Shown here one piece after another: positions 8,918-19,443 of a stretch of 64,000 nucleotides of DNA. Position numbers and translations under genes: made by a program. Each line of letters begins with the position of its first letter. The first letter of the stretch is position 1. Origin of the DNA: Patescibacteria group bacterium (GTDB taxonomy: Bacteria > Patescibacteriota > Patescibacteriia > CAIXNZ01); NCBI GenBank assembly GCA_041651155.1, contig JBAZJU010000001.1, forward strand, positions 167,619 to 231,618, written 5' to 3'. Below the pieces are notes generated by a model. The model was not told the DNA's origin, made no database searches, and worked only from the letters and a program-made list of their open reading frames with translations.

Positions 8918-10297
8918 TTACCTTATTATTAATTGATAAAGACCTTGCTGTTTGCCGATTTGGCCGTTGAAGAAAATGTTTTCACCTTTAGAATCTAAAT
9001 AAAAATTCCCCAGGTTATCAAATTTTGCAATTTCAATAGAATTATGGCTGCTGTTGTTTTCGGTCAGGTCAATTATTTGCAGGCTGTTTTTAAATAAAAT
9101 TACCACATGATGCAGATCAGTATACCAGTCAGCTTTTAATATAGGCTGGCCAAAACGGTTGATAAATGTTTTTTCTCTGGAGTCAGAATTATAGGAATTT
9201 AAGGCAAAATCATCATAAACCAAAAGTTGTTTTTCCTTGCTGTCCCAGACCGCTGCTTTGGCATCAAATTCAATTATTGGCTCTTCAGGCATTATGCTGA
9301 TTTCGGCTTCAGCATTTATTTTTTTTATAAGCTTTAATTTGCTTTGGTCTAAATCTATCAGCCCGATATAATTATTGGTGCTTTTAATAAAATGATAATT
9401 ATTAGATTTAGATAATTCCAGAACTTTTTTGGCAGTTTTGAAATTCAAATTATATTTGGCTAAAACGTTCTGAGTCTCTGCCTGTTGAATGTAGAAAATA
9501 TCATTGCCTTCAATAAAAAATTCTTTATTGATTTTTTCGCTTGTTTTAAAAATATTCTGGCTGGCTTTAACCAATAAGTCTATTTCATAAAAAGAATTTT
9601 GCTTTAAGGCGTAAAGCAGATTGTCGCTTTGCAAGTCCCAGATGACATTGTCAGGCACAAATTCCAATAGTTCCGAAATATCTTGCACATCTTTGAGGTT
9701 TTGCAGATTACTTACTATATAGCTATTATCATCTTTGATTAGCGCTTTTTTACTGCTGGCTGCCCATGTAAGCGTGAGTTTTTTTTGCGCGGAGACCCGG
9801 TATATAAGGCTTTTCTCCCGGGTAATAAAATCATAAAGATATAATTCCAAAAAAGGCCCATTGACCTGCTGGTATATTAGTTTTTGGCCGTCAGGAGATA
9901 AAGAGAAATCATTAATCTGGCCTTCTATGATTTGCAAGGGAACTTCTTTTTTAAATAGAATAATATCAGCCGCGAATGTTGTGATGCTGCTTGCTACGGT
10001 TAATTTTTTTTCCCAAGAATAATAGCCTTCTTTGCTAATTTTGATCGCATACTCTTGCGGCAATAAATTATAGATAAAAATCTTTTCATCAAAAGGCTTG
10101 TCATAGAGCTTATCATTGAGATAGACGCTGGCTTTCTTTAAATTTTTTGCTTCCAGCATTAAGGTTCCGGTTTTTAAGATTTTATTGCGTTTAAGGTCAT
10201 AGCGATAGCCTGAAGCGTAGAAAATTAAAAGCGGACCTAAAATAAAAAAGGCTGAAATAAAGCTAAACATGATGATTCTTCTGATTCTGAGGCTCAT
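8918..10297 (-). CDS. hypothetical protein with N-terminal TM helix; possible PD40/TolB-like beta-propeller repeats
   Basis: SPDGQKLIY PD40-like motif; N-terminal hydrophobic helix. Confidence 0.4.
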   Translation of the reverse strand: MSLRIRRIIMFSFISAFFILGPLLIFYASGYRYDLKRNKILKTGTLMLEAKNLKKASVYLNDKLYDKPFDEKIFIYNLLPQEYAIKISKEGYYSWEKKLTVASSITTFAADIILFKKEVPLQIIEGQINDFSLSPDGQKLIYQQVNGPFLELYLYDFITREKSLIYRVSAQKKLTLTWAASSKKALIKDDNSYIVSNLQNLKDVQDISELLEFVPDNVIWDLQSDNLLYALKQNSFYEIDLLVKASQNIFKTSEKINKEFFIEGNDIFYIQQAETQNVLAKYNLNFKTAKKVLELSKSNNYHFIKSTNNYIGLIDLDQSKLKLIKKINAEAEISIMPEEPIIEFDAKAAVWDSKEKQLLVYDDFALNSYNSDSREKTFINRFGQPILKADWYTDLHHVVILFKNSLQIIDLTENNSSHNSIEIAKFDNLGNFYLDSKGENIFFNGQIGKQQGLYQLIIR

Positions 10298-10423
10298 AAA
10301 TAATTATTAAAAATAAAAGTTGAACTGATCTTATCATACTCCAATCTTTAGGCCGAATCAAGCTTTGACTTTTGAATTTTTTTGGATTATCTGTTATGAT
10401 GATAACAAAGTTTTTAGCTATTA

Positions 10424-11701
10424 ATGACTTGTCATATGAATCAACCGAGATTATTTGCCATAAAAGAACTGCAAAATAAATTTTTTAGAAAATTTCTAAA
10501 ATATTATGTGGTTTTGTTTTTGATTTTTGTCGCCTTTATTTTGGGCATGCTTTTTGGCCGGCAAGAAAATAAAGTAATTGTCGCTGAGAGTGAAAAGAGC
10601 GGCGCGGTTTTTAATAAAAAAGCTAAGCCTGAATTTTTATCCAAAGATATAAATTTTAACCTTTTTTGGGATGTCTGGGATACAATTGAAAAAAATTACG
10701 TTCATCAGCCTGTGGCTGAAAATGAACTATTTTACGGGGCGATGGCTGGCAGCGTGGCAGCTTTGGGCGACCCTCATTCTGTATTTTTTGATCCAAAAAC
10801 AACAAGTGATTTTACAGCTGAATTAAAAGGAAGTTTTGAAGGGATTGGCGCGGAAATTGCCATAAAAAATAATGCTATCACCATTGTGGCGCCGTTGCCA
10901 GATTCACCGGCTGAAAAAGCAGGTTTGAAAACAAATGATAAGATTTTAGCTATCAATGGCGAAGATACGGCTGGTATGAGCCTGGATTACGCGGTCAGCA
11001 AGATCAGAGGGCCAAAAGGCACTGATGTTGATTTGACTATCGGACGCGAGGGGACTGAAAAACCTTTAGAAATTAAAATTGTCAGGCAGACGATTAAAAT
11101 TCAGAGTGTTAAATGGCAAATGCTGGATAATAATATCGCCCTGATAAATTTAAGATATTTCAATGAAGATACAAGCGATGCTTTTAAAAAAGCTGTTTTA
11201 GATATTGTGGCCAAAAATCCAAAAGGCGTAATTTTGGATATGCGCAATAATCCTGGCGGTTTTCTGGACACTGCTATTGATGTAGCCAGTGAATGGGTAG
11301 ATAACAATGTAGTGGTTTATGAAAAATCAAGTACTGGGCAATTAAAGGAAAATAAATCCACTGGCTTGCCTAGATTAAAAGATTTCCCGACAGTTGTTTT
11401 AATTAATGGGGGCAGCGCGTCAGGTTCTGAAATAGTGGCCGGGGCATTAAAAGATTATAAATTAGCAACCTTAGTTGGTGAAAAATCTTTTGGCAAAGGT
11501 TCTGTCCAGAGTTTATTCCCTTTATCAGACGGTTCATCAATTAAGCTGACTGTTGCTTTATGGCTGACTCCCAATGAAAATACAATTGACGGCGAGGGGA
11601 TTGAGCCAGACGTGAAAGTTGATCTGACCGATGCTGATTTTAGCGCCAATAAAGATCCGCAGTTGGATAAGGCGATTGAGATTTTAAGTGCTAAAAAATA
11701 A
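10424..11701 (+). CDS. ctpA: carboxy-terminal processing protease (S41 peptidase with PDZ domain)
   Basis: PDZ region GLKTNDKILAING and S41 motifs MRNNPGGFLD, GSASGSEIVAGALKD, FGKGSVQ. Confidence 0.85.
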   Translation: MTCHMNQPRLFAIKELQNKFFRKFLKYYVVLFLIFVAFILGMLFGRQENKVIVAESEKSGAVFNKKAKPEFLSKDINFNLFWDVWDTIEKNYVHQPVAENELFYGAMAGSVAALGDPHSVFFDPKTTSDFTAELKGSFEGIGAEIAIKNNAITIVAPLPDSPAEKAGLKTNDKILAINGEDTAGMSLDYAVSKIRGPKGTDVDLTIGREGTEKPLEIKIVRQTIKIQSVKWQMLDNNIALINLRYFNEDTSDAFKKAVLDIVAKNPKGVILDMRNNPGGFLDTAIDVASEWVDNNVVVYEKSSTGQLKENKSTGLPRLKDFPTVVLINGGSASGSEIVAGALKDYKLATLVGEKSFGKGSVQSLFPLSDGSSIKLTVALWLTPNENTIDGEGIEPDVKVDLTDADFSANKDPQLDKAIEILSAKK

Positions 11702-11718
11702 TAAAATTTTTTTTAAAA

Positions 11719-11749
11719 AAGAAGGCGAACCATAAGGTTCGCCTTTTTA
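11719..11749. terminator. intrinsic terminator
   Basis: aaggcgaacc ataa ggttcgcctt followed by ttt. Confidence 0.7.
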
Positions 11750-11769
11750 GCAAAAGAATTTTTAGGGAG

Positions 11770-12906
11770 TTAGAGGGTAATGGGTGTACCGCGAGTGTCT
11801 CCTCCCTGGTTGACACAGTTCGAGGTAGTGTTGATACCCTGGATTTCCATTCCTATCCAGTAATCAGCACCAATCGTGAAGTCAATGTAGTGTACGAGCT
11901 GGGTCGTGCAGAGAGTTGATCCTCCGGTTGAGGCTATCACATCTGCATAGACGCCGTAGCCATGTTCATAAGTTCCTGGAGGAGCAGTTACATCGCGGGC
12001 CGGATGGTGGATAGTCAGCCATGCGCTTTGTCCGCTCAGCACAGAAAAGAAGGTTTCGGAATAGGAGAGAGTCGGTACATCCCATAAGAGCCTTTGCCAT
12101 ATGCCGCCGGGCGTGGGTGTCCTCCAGTACGAAGTCTGAATTCGGATGTCTTCACCAGCTTGCAACCCTGTATACGGTATGATGGGATCATCGAAAGTGA
12201 GAGGGTCATAGACATTATTGCCATTGGTATCGCCAGTCACTCGGACTCGCAAACGATAAAGCGTTTCAGTGCAGGTCGGATTGCTGCCCACGGTAACCGC
12301 ATTGTTTTCGTCTACGTTTATGATAAAACACGCTACGGGATATTGGTCTAGCGCAGTCCCTAAGGTTTTATACCCTGTAAGCAAAACCGAGTTAAGCCTG
12401 ATATTGTCAACCCGATTCTGGTTGGCGAGACTGTATCCGATTGACAGGTAGGTGTTTTTCGGCACGGTAATGGAGACACTGAGTACTCCACCTACGACTT
12501 GTGCGGAATAATTGATGCCGTGCATCGGGTCCGTATTCTGTCTGTTTACAATGCTTGAGTAAATGTAGATCTCTGCGGGAGGCGAGCCTGGCGTTACCAA
12601 ATTGGCACTGTATTTCTGGATTGTTTCCTTGTAAGTCTTTCCGTTGATAACCACATTTTTTACCGCAACAGTGCCATCGTCGACCAACTTGGAGGTTAAG
12701 GTAGATCCCTCAGGAATCGGGATTTCGAATTTGACAGCGCATCCGCCGTTTGCGTCACAGGTAATCGGGGTCGGAGGGACTACGGGTGTGTCAAACGCAC
12801 CGACGCTGGGACTCGCCTGGTGGGTGCCGCAACCGAGCAAGCTTAGAAAGCCGAGGCTGAGCACTATCAAAATGATAGCCATCCAGTTAAAGGTTTTCCC
12901 TTTCAT
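11770..12906 (-). CDS. secreted lipoprotein, function unknown
   Basis: Shine-Dalgarno aaggaga precedes the ATG at 12906; signal peptide with LLGC lipobox. Confidence 0.45.
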   Translation of the reverse strand: MKGKTFNWMAIILIVLSLGFLSLLGCGTHQASPSVGAFDTPVVPPTPITCDANGGCAVKFEIPIPEGSTLTSKLVDDGTVAVKNVVINGKTYKETIQKYSANLVTPGSPPAEIYIYSSIVNRQNTDPMHGINYSAQVVGGVLSVSITVPKNTYLSIGYSLANQNRVDNIRLNSVLLTGYKTLGTALDQYPVACFIINVDENNAVTVGSNPTCTETLYRLRVRVTGDTNGNNVYDPLTFDDPIIPYTGLQAGEDIRIQTSYWRTPTPGGIWQRLLWDVPTLSYSETFFSVLSGQSAWLTIHHPARDVTAPPGTYEHGYGVYADVIASTGGSTLCTTQLVHYIDFTIGADYWIGMEIQGINTTSNCVNQGGDTRGTPITL

Positions 12907-13246
12907 TTCTTCTCTCCTTTTGGGTATTTTTAGCCTGACCAAGCTTGCTACTGCGAAGCTTTAGCCATGACTTTTATCTCGTTGGTTTTTCGGTTGACCT
13001 TTTCCCTTGATTTTTTGCTATTTTAAATCAATTTATAAAAAGAACATCAAAGCAACTGCCAATTATTTGGTCAGGTGCTCTTAAAGATTATCTCACATTA
13101 ACATAACTGTAAAATTTTGTCAAGGTCTCTTGTCAAGACTTGAAATTTAGGCGAATTTTAGAGGAAAAATTACAGGTTGACAAAATAATAAAATAATAGC
13201 CTTATTTTTTTTGTTTTTATTGTATTATCATGGTAAAATATAACGT

Positions 13247-13621
13247 ATGAAGATAAATTTTTCTCAAAAATTTAACCAAAATCCTGACCATTTAATTCGC
13301 CGTTGCGGTTATGGTTTGGTGCGCGATCCGCGTGCAGAGGAAGTTAGTTATTCTCGCAGGTTAGGAGGCGGTTTATATCCACGCTTTCATTTGTATATTA
13401 ACTCAGTTGACCCATTGGTTTTAAACTTGCATTTGGACCAAAAGCAGGCGTCTTATGAAGGCTATACTAAACATAGCGGTGATTATGATTCGGAATTGGT
13501 AAAACAAGAAGCGGATAAGCTATATGATTTAATAATGCAACAGGTTAATGAAGTTGACGAAGTTAGCAAAGTTGATGAGGACGGGCATAAAGGATTTTTT
13601 AGGCGGCTATTTGGAAAATAA
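13247..13621 (+). CDS. hypothetical protein
   Basis: ORF only; extended -10 TGgTAAAAT lies immediately upstream, so the transcript may be leaderless. Confidence 0.3.
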   Translation: MKINFSQKFNQNPDHLIRRCGYGLVRDPRAEEVSYSRRLGGGLYPRFHLYINSVDPLVLNLHLDQKQASYEGYTKHSGDYDSELVKQEADKLYDLIMQQVNEVDEVSKVDEDGHKGFFRRLFGK

Positions 13622-13751
13622 AATTTTTTGTAGTAAAATAGTCAATAAGGGGATTAAGATTTGAAGCTTAATTTTTTTATTAAGAAAATAGAATAAAGAA
13701 TGCAGAATATAGGATTAAGTCAGTATTCTTTCTTCTTAATTCGTACAAAAT

Positions 13752-14198
13752 ATGAAAGTGATTTTAATAAAATTTGTGCCCAATTTAGGGCAAACAGGCG
13801 ATATTAAAGATGTCTCAGAAGGCTATGCCCGCAATTATTTAATGCCGCGAGGCCTGGTTAAAATCGCTAATGATAAAACGATAATGGAACTGCAAAATTT
13901 TAAAGCTAGAAAGATAAAAGCAGCAGCCAATAAGGGCAAAAAGTTTAAAGAATTGGCTAAGAAGTTAAATAATATTAAAATTATCATTAAGGTTAAGGCA
14001 GACGAGAAAAAAACTTTATTTGGTTCGGTTAATATACAAAAAATAGTTGAAGAATTGAAAAATAGAAATTATATTGTTGAATCAAAATATATTAAATTAG
14101 ATCAGCCGATCAAAGCTTTGGGTTATTATGATGTAAATCTGGATTTTGGCGCTGGGGTAACTGCAAAAATTGGACTAACAATTGTCAGAGAGGAGTAG
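13752..14198 (+). CDS. rplI: ribosomal protein L9
   Basis: MKVILIKFVPNLGQTGDIKDVSEGYARNYLMPRGL is the L9 N-terminal domain. Confidence 0.9.
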   Translation: MKVILIKFVPNLGQTGDIKDVSEGYARNYLMPRGLVKIANDKTIMELQNFKARKIKAAANKGKKFKELAKKLNNIKIIIKVKADEKKTLFGSVNIQKIVEELKNRNYIVESKYIKLDQPIKALGYYDVNLDFGAGVTAKIGLTIVREE

Positions 14199-14294
14199 TG
14201 TCCTCTTTTTTTGAAATAGGAAATAGGTAATAGGTAATAAGGATTTGAATATTTTTCCATATTACTTGTTACTTATTACTTATTTCATACAAAT

Positions 14295-15914
14295 ATGTCT
14301 CCAAAATTCATCTTCGTTGCCGGTGGCGTGATGTCAGGCGTGGGCAAAGGCGTATCCTGCGCGTCCATTGGCAAGATTTTACAAAGCAAGGGCTATAAAG
14401 TCACGGCCATTAAAATTGACCCTTACATTAATGTTGATGCCGGCACTATGAATCCGACTGAGCATGGCGAGGTTTTTGTGACTGATGATGGCGATGAGAC
14501 AGATCAGGATATTGGCAATTATGAAAGATTTTTAGACCAGGATATTTTGTCTACTAATTACATGACCACTGGCCGCGTTTATTTAAGCGTGATTCAGCGC
14601 GAAAGGAATCTGGAATATGGCGGCAAGTGCGTGGAAGTTGTGCCGCATGTGCCAGAGGAAGTGATTAATCGCATTAAAAAAGCAGCTGAATTAGCCAAGG
14701 CAGATTTTACTATTGTGGAAATTGGCGGCACAGTTGGTGAATATCAAAATATATTATTTTTGGAAGCAGTCCGTTTAATGCGCACAAAGACTCCAGAGGA
14801 TGTGATTGTAATTTTGGTCAGCTATTTTCCCATTCCTTCAAAAATTGGTGAAATGAAAACAAAGCCCACTCAGTATGCGGTCAGAACTTTAAACTCAGCT
14901 GGCATATTCCCTGATTTTATTTTATGCCGCGCTGATGTGCCCTTGGATGAGGTAAGAAAAGAAAAATTGGCCACGTTTTGTAATATTCCGAAAGAGAATG
15001 CAATTTCTGCGCCAGATATTGATACGATTTATGAGGTTCCGCTTAATTTTGAAAAAGAAAAATTAGGCGATAAGATTTTGGAAAAATTTTGTTTGAAAGC
15101 TAAAGGCAAGGATTTGAAAGAATGGAGCGAGTTGGTGGATAAAATTAAAAAGACTAAAGAAAAAGTGAATATTGGCATTGTGGGCAAATATTTTGCCACT
15201 GGTGATTTTACTTTGGCTGATTCATATATTTCAGTGATTGAGGCAATCAAGCATGCAGCCTGGGCTAATGACCGTCAACCGATTTTATGCTGGATAAATT
15301 CTGAGGAATTTGAAAAAGATCCCGGCAAATTGTCTGAATTAAAAAAATATGACGGCATTATTGTGCCTGGTGGTTTTGGCAGCAGGGGAGTTGAAGGCAA
15401 AATTTCAGCCATTAAATATTGCCGAGAAAATAATATTCCTTATTTTGGCTTATGCTATGGCATGCAATTAGCCACTATTGAATTTGCTCGCAATGTAGCA
15501 GGTTTAATAGGCGCAAATACGCCAGAGGTTGATGAAAAAACACCTTATCCGGTTGTTCACACTATGGCAGATCAGGTCAGCAAGATTAAGGAAAAGAAAA
15601 TGGGCGGCACAATGCGCTTGGGCGCTTATCCTTGCGTTTTGGCCAAGGATTCCGTCAGTTATAAAGCTTATGGCCAAAAAGAAATTTCCGAACGCCATCG
15701 CCATCGTTATGAGTTTAATAATGAATATAGAGAACTTTTGGAACAAAAAGGACTAAGAATTGCCGGCACTTCGCCAGATAATAATTTGGTGGAAATAATT
15801 GAAGTGCCTAACCATAAATTTTTCGTGGGCACGCAGTTTCATCCTGAATTTAAATCCAGGCCATTAAAGCCACATCCTTTATTTAAAGAATTTATTAAAG
15901 CGGCGATAAGTTAA
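14295..15914 (+). CDS. pyrG: CTP synthase
   Basis: FVAGGVMSGVGKG N-terminus; glutamine amidotransferase GLCYGMQ; HPEF. Confidence 0.95.
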   Translation: MSPKFIFVAGGVMSGVGKGVSCASIGKILQSKGYKVTAIKIDPYINVDAGTMNPTEHGEVFVTDDGDETDQDIGNYERFLDQDILSTNYMTTGRVYLSVIQRERNLEYGGKCVEVVPHVPEEVINRIKKAAELAKADFTIVEIGGTVGEYQNILFLEAVRLMRTKTPEDVIVILVSYFPIPSKIGEMKTKPTQYAVRTLNSAGIFPDFILCRADVPLDEVRKEKLATFCNIPKENAISAPDIDTIYEVPLNFEKEKLGDKILEKFCLKAKGKDLKEWSELVDKIKKTKEKVNIGIVGKYFATGDFTLADSYISVIEAIKHAAWANDRQPILCWINSEEFEKDPGKLSELKKYDGIIVPGGFGSRGVEGKISAIKYCRENNIPYFGLCYGMQLATIEFARNVAGLIGANTPEVDEKTPYPVVHTMADQVSKIKEKKMGGTMRLGAYPCVLAKDSVSYKAYGQKEISERHRHRYEFNNEYRELLEQKGLRIAGTSPDNNLVEIIEVPNHKFFVGTQFHPEFKSRPLKPHPLFKEFIKAAIS

Positions 15915-15968
15915 AATTTTATACCTGACTTTAGTCAGCCCACTAAAGTGGGGTATAAATTAAATTTT

Positions 15969-16358
15969 ATGCCTGAAAAATTTGGAGAAAAAATTGAAAC
16001 TAAAAAATTTAATGACTTGACAGAATATTTAAAAAATAATTCTCAGCTTTTAGCTGAGGAAAAAGATATTGATAAGAGTTACAAGAGAATTTTAGGTGAG
16101 ATGAAAGCCTGTACAACTTATTATGATACTGAAAATATTAAAGTTAATCTCGATGGCTATAATTTGGTTTTTACAAATAAAAAAGGAGATTTGCTGCACT
16201 CTTTCCTTGTGCCGAAATTGATTCCTTCCTTGATCAAGGCCGGTAATTTGGGTGAAAGAAAAGAATTAGAAGGAAAATTAGAAGCAATTGGTTATAAAAT
16301 TGATGACTCGGACGAATTCAGAAATGTAATAGAAAAAGTATTGAGAAAAAGCAAATAG
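15969..16358 (+). CDS. hypothetical protein
   Basis: ORF only; ATG taken at 15969 (the ORF-track start at 15948 is a GTG inside a hairpin). Confidence 0.35.
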   Translation: MPEKFGEKIETKKFNDLTEYLKNNSQLLAEEKDIDKSYKRILGEMKACTTYYDTENIKVNLDGYNLVFTNKKGDLLHSFLVPKLIPSLIKAGNLGERKELEGKLEAIGYKIDDSDEFRNVIEKVLRKSK

Positions 16359-16362
16359 GAAT

Positions 16363-17043
16363 ATGAAATTAAATAATTTTCAATTTAACAATAAAGATTT
16401 TGCAATTTATACTCGCAGCCAGGCGGATAAAAGCATAATGAAAGAAATTTTTGAATTGCGGGAATATAAAGAAGTTGAAGCAATTATTAAGTCAGCCAAA
16501 CATCCAATCATAGACGCAGGAGCGCAGGCTGGCTTTTTTGTTTTGTACTGCAGGGCTTTAAATCAAGAAGTTAAAATTCTGGCCATTGAACCTGATGAGA
16601 ATAATTTGGAATTACTTAATCAGCATTTGGAAATTAATCAAATTAAAAATGTTGAGGTGATACCAGCTGCGCTGGCTGGCAAAAATGGTTTGCGGGATTT
16701 TTTTATTTCAAATGATACTCATAACCATGGGCTATTTAAAATTTTGGTACCAAAGATAAATAGGGTCAGTAAAGTTAAAACTTTTAGTTTGGATGATTTA
16801 TTGGAGGAGCAGGGAATTGAGAAGGTTGGTTTATTAAAATTAGATATTGAAGGCGCGGAATTTGAAGTATTAGAAAATTTTATTCATTGGGAGAAAATAA
16901 AAAACATTGCTTTGGAATACCACGATTTTAATGGTTTTAAGCATCAAGAAATAGAAAAGATTTTGGCAGAAAATGGTTTTAAAGTGAAAATAAGAAGTTC
17001 AAAGTTTGAGCAGAATTTAGGGTTTATTTTCGGTTTGAAATAA
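16363..17043 (+). CDS. FkbM-family methyltransferase
   Basis: SAM-methyltransferase fold motifs (IIDAGAQAGFF, LAIEPD), FkbM-like length. Confidence 0.65.
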   Translation: MKLNNFQFNNKDFAIYTRSQADKSIMKEIFELREYKEVEAIIKSAKHPIIDAGAQAGFFVLYCRALNQEVKILAIEPDENNLELLNQHLEINQIKNVEVIPAALAGKNGLRDFFISNDTHNHGLFKILVPKINRVSKVKTFSLDDLLEEQGIEKVGLLKLDIEGAEFEVLENFIHWEKIKNIALEYHDFNGFKHQEIEKILAENGFKVKIRSSKFEQNLGFIFGLK

Positions 17044-17141
17044 AAAATTCCCTCTTTGTCATTCCGAGAGTAACGAGGAGTCTATTACATCGGTGTAACA
17101 GATCCTTCACTTCGTTCAGGATGACAAAGAGGGAATTTTTT
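17043..17141. repeat. ~100-bp long hairpin (~20-27 bp stem) between convergent genes; terminator or structured element
   Basis: aaaaattccctctttgtcattcc pairs with ggatgacaaagagggaatttttt; an inner ttacatcggtgtaa hairpin sits in the loop. Confidence 0.6.
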
Positions 17142-17152
17142 ATTTGAGAAGA

Positions 17153-17437
17153 TTATTTGATTGCTGGAAGGACGTGGACAAATTTGGTCTTAATCAGATC
17201 ACCATTGAATTTCTTTACTTTTTTTTCTGTAAATTTAATAATGCCATTGGCCACGGCAAATAAAGTATAATCTCTGCCAACCATGACATTTTGGCCTGGT
17301 CTGATCTTGGTTCCTCTTTGGCGCACAATAATATTGCCAGCTTTAACTTTCTGGCCAGCATATAATTTAACGCCTAATCTTTTGCCTTGTGAATCGCGGC
17401 CTAAGGCTGTGGAGCCGCCTGCTTTTTTATGTGACAT
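17153..17437 (-). CDS. rpmA: ribosomal protein L27
   Basis: [24 protein letters not shown]. Confidence 0.9.
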   Translation of the reverse strand: MSHKKAGGSTALGRDSQGKRLGVKLYAGQKVKAGNIIVRQRGTKIRPGQNVMVGRDYTLFAVANGIIKFTEKKVKKFNGDLIKTKFVHVLPAIK

Positions 17438-17658
17438 ATTGTTCTAGTTATGAATTATGAAATATGAATTATGAAATTAGTTTAGCAAAGGAGTTAGGGT
17501 TTGTCAACAGATTACTTGACTTGGGGAAAAAACATGGTATAATGTAAATACCGACTAAATTGGTTGGTCTTTACTACAGATTACAGATAGTTACAGATAT
17601 ACGGATTTGATCGGAGAAGCTATTTGTAAATCTGTATTGATCCGTAATCTGTAAAATT

Positions 17659-18057
17659 ATGAAGTTTAGCACTAAATCTGAATATGGGTTAAGGGCATTG
17701 ATTTCCTTAGCCCAGCATCATAAAGAACAGCCTTATTCATTGGCTAAAATTGCCCAAGGACAAAAGATTTCTCTGGCATATTTGGAGCGCTTGTTTGCTA
17801 AGTTAAAAAAGGCTAACATTATTAAAAGCGCAAAGGGAATAAAAGGCGGTTATAGTTTAGCTAAGCCGGCGAACAAGATTTCAGTTAAAGAAATCCTGAC
17901 TGCGCTTGAAGGCAGTCTGGCGCCTTACCTTTGTGCGGGGTTTGGCAATTTGTGCAAATTAAATTGTGATTGTTCGGTCAAAATTGTCTGGCAGAAATTG
18001 GAAAGTGCGATGAATAAGACGCTCGAAGAAATTAAATTATCGCAATTAATTAAATAA
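17659..18057 (+). CDS. Rrf2-family transcriptional regulator (IscR-like)
   Basis: MKFSTKSEYGLRALISLA winged-helix N-terminus; Cys cluster. Confidence 0.8.
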   Translation: MKFSTKSEYGLRALISLAQHHKEQPYSLAKIAQGQKISLAYLERLFAKLKKANIIKSAKGIKGGYSLAKPANKISVKEILTALEGSLAPYLCAGFGNLCKLNCDCSVKIVWQKLESAMNKTLEEIKLSQLIK

Positions 18058-18130
18058 GATGATAGATTTTAGATTATAGGTTATAGTATATTCAATCTAA
18101 AATTTAACATCTATAATCTAATCAAAAATT

Positions 18131-18562
18131 ATGCAATACACAGAAATTTTAATGGATCATTTTAAAAATCCACGTAATCAGGGCGAAATTGAAAAACCCG
18201 ATGGCGTGGGTGATGTTGGTAATCCAGTTTGCGGAGACATGATGAAGATTTATATTAGGGTTGGAAAAAATACCCAAGGCGAAGAAGTATTGGAAGATAT
18301 AAAATTTCAGACACTGGGCTGTGGCGCTGCCATTGCCTCATCTTCAATGTTAACTGAATTAGCCAAGGGCCAGAAATTAGAAGATGCTTTAAATATTACT
18401 CGCGAGCAGATTGCGGAAAAGTTAGGTGGTTTACCTAAGGAAAAAATACATTGCTCTGTTTTGGCTGCTGAAGGCTTGAAAAAGGCTGTGGCTAATTATA
18501 GAGGAGAAAAATTTGAGGAAACTCATGAGGAGGAGCATGTTGATTCTGAAGAAAAGTGTTAA
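18131..18562 (+). CDS. iscU: Fe-S cluster assembly scaffold IscU/NifU
   Basis: NPVCGDMMKI, GCGAAIASSS, HCSVLAAEGL. Confidence 0.9.
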   Translation: MQYTEILMDHFKNPRNQGEIEKPDGVGDVGNPVCGDMMKIYIRVGKNTQGEEVLEDIKFQTLGCGAAIASSSMLTELAKGQKLEDALNITREQIAEKLGGLPKEKIHCSVLAAEGLKKAVANYRGEKFEETHEEEHVDSEEKC

Positions 18563-18626
18563 ACTGAATTATGAATTATGAGATATGAACTCTGAGATTT
18601 TTAAATTAATTAGAATTTAAATACAT

Positions 18627-18851
18627 ATGAAAGAGGAAGTAAGAAAAATACTTGAAAAAATACGGCCTTCATTGCAAATGGATGGGGGTGATGTTGAATT
18701 AGTGGAGGTTGATGAGAAAAAGGGGATTGTTAAAGTGCGATTGCAAGGTTCTTGTTCACATTGCCCAATGTCGCAAATGACTTTGAAAATGGGGATTGAG
18801 GCAGAACTTAAAAAGGAAGTTAAGGGAGTAAAAGAAGTTATGGCAGTTTAA
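18627..18851 (+). CDS. NifU C-terminal (Nfu) domain protein
   Basis: GSCSHCPMS CxxC motif. Confidence 0.7.
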   Translation: MKEEVRKILEKIRPSLQMDGGDVELVEVDEKKGIVKVRLQGSCSHCPMSQMTLKMGIEAELKKEVKGVKEVMAV

Positions 18852-18862
18852 TTTAATAAAAT

Positions 18863-19441
18863 ATGAAAAAAATAATTTTAGCTTCTGGTTCGCCGCGTCG
18901 GCGTGAGCTATTAAAACAAATCGGTGTAAAGTTTAAAGTTGTGCCCAGTAATTATGAGGAAGATATGAGTTTGAAAATGTCACCAAAGAAATTGGCTGAA
19001 TTTCTATCTTTAAATAAGGCTTTGGATGTAGTTAAAAGAATAAAAGGTAATGGAATAGTTATTGCGGCTGATACCTTTATAGTTTATAAAAATCATCGTT
19101 TGGGAAAGCCGCACACTAAAGCTCAAGCTTTTAAAATGTTAAATAAGTTAAATGGCAAAACTCATTCTGTTATCACAGGTTTTACCATTGTAGATTTGAA
19201 AAATAAAAAGAAAGTTACTAAATCAGTTGTCACAAAAATTTATTTTAGAAAATTAAGTTCTCAACAAATTTATAATTATATTAATACAGGCGAACCTCTA
19301 GATAAAGCCGGAGCTTATGCGATTCAGGGCAAGGGCGCCAGTTTAATTAAAAAAATTGAAGGAGATTATTTTAATGTTGTGGGGCTTCCTTTGGGAGCAG
19401 TTTTAGATGAATTTAAAAAATTTAATATTAATGTTTTATAA
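18863..19441 (+). CDS. maf: Maf-like nucleoside triphosphate pyrophosphatase
   Basis: IILASGSPRRRELL. Confidence 0.85.
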   Translation: MKKIILASGSPRRRELLKQIGVKFKVVPSNYEEDMSLKMSPKKLAEFLSLNKALDVVKRIKGNGIVIAADTFIVYKNHRLGKPHTKAQAFKMLNKLNGKTHSVITGFTIVDLKNKKKVTKSVVTKIYFRKLSSQQIYNYINTGEPLDKAGAYAIQGKGASLIKKIEGDYFNVVGLPLGAVLDEFKKFNINVL

Positions 19442-19443
19442 TT

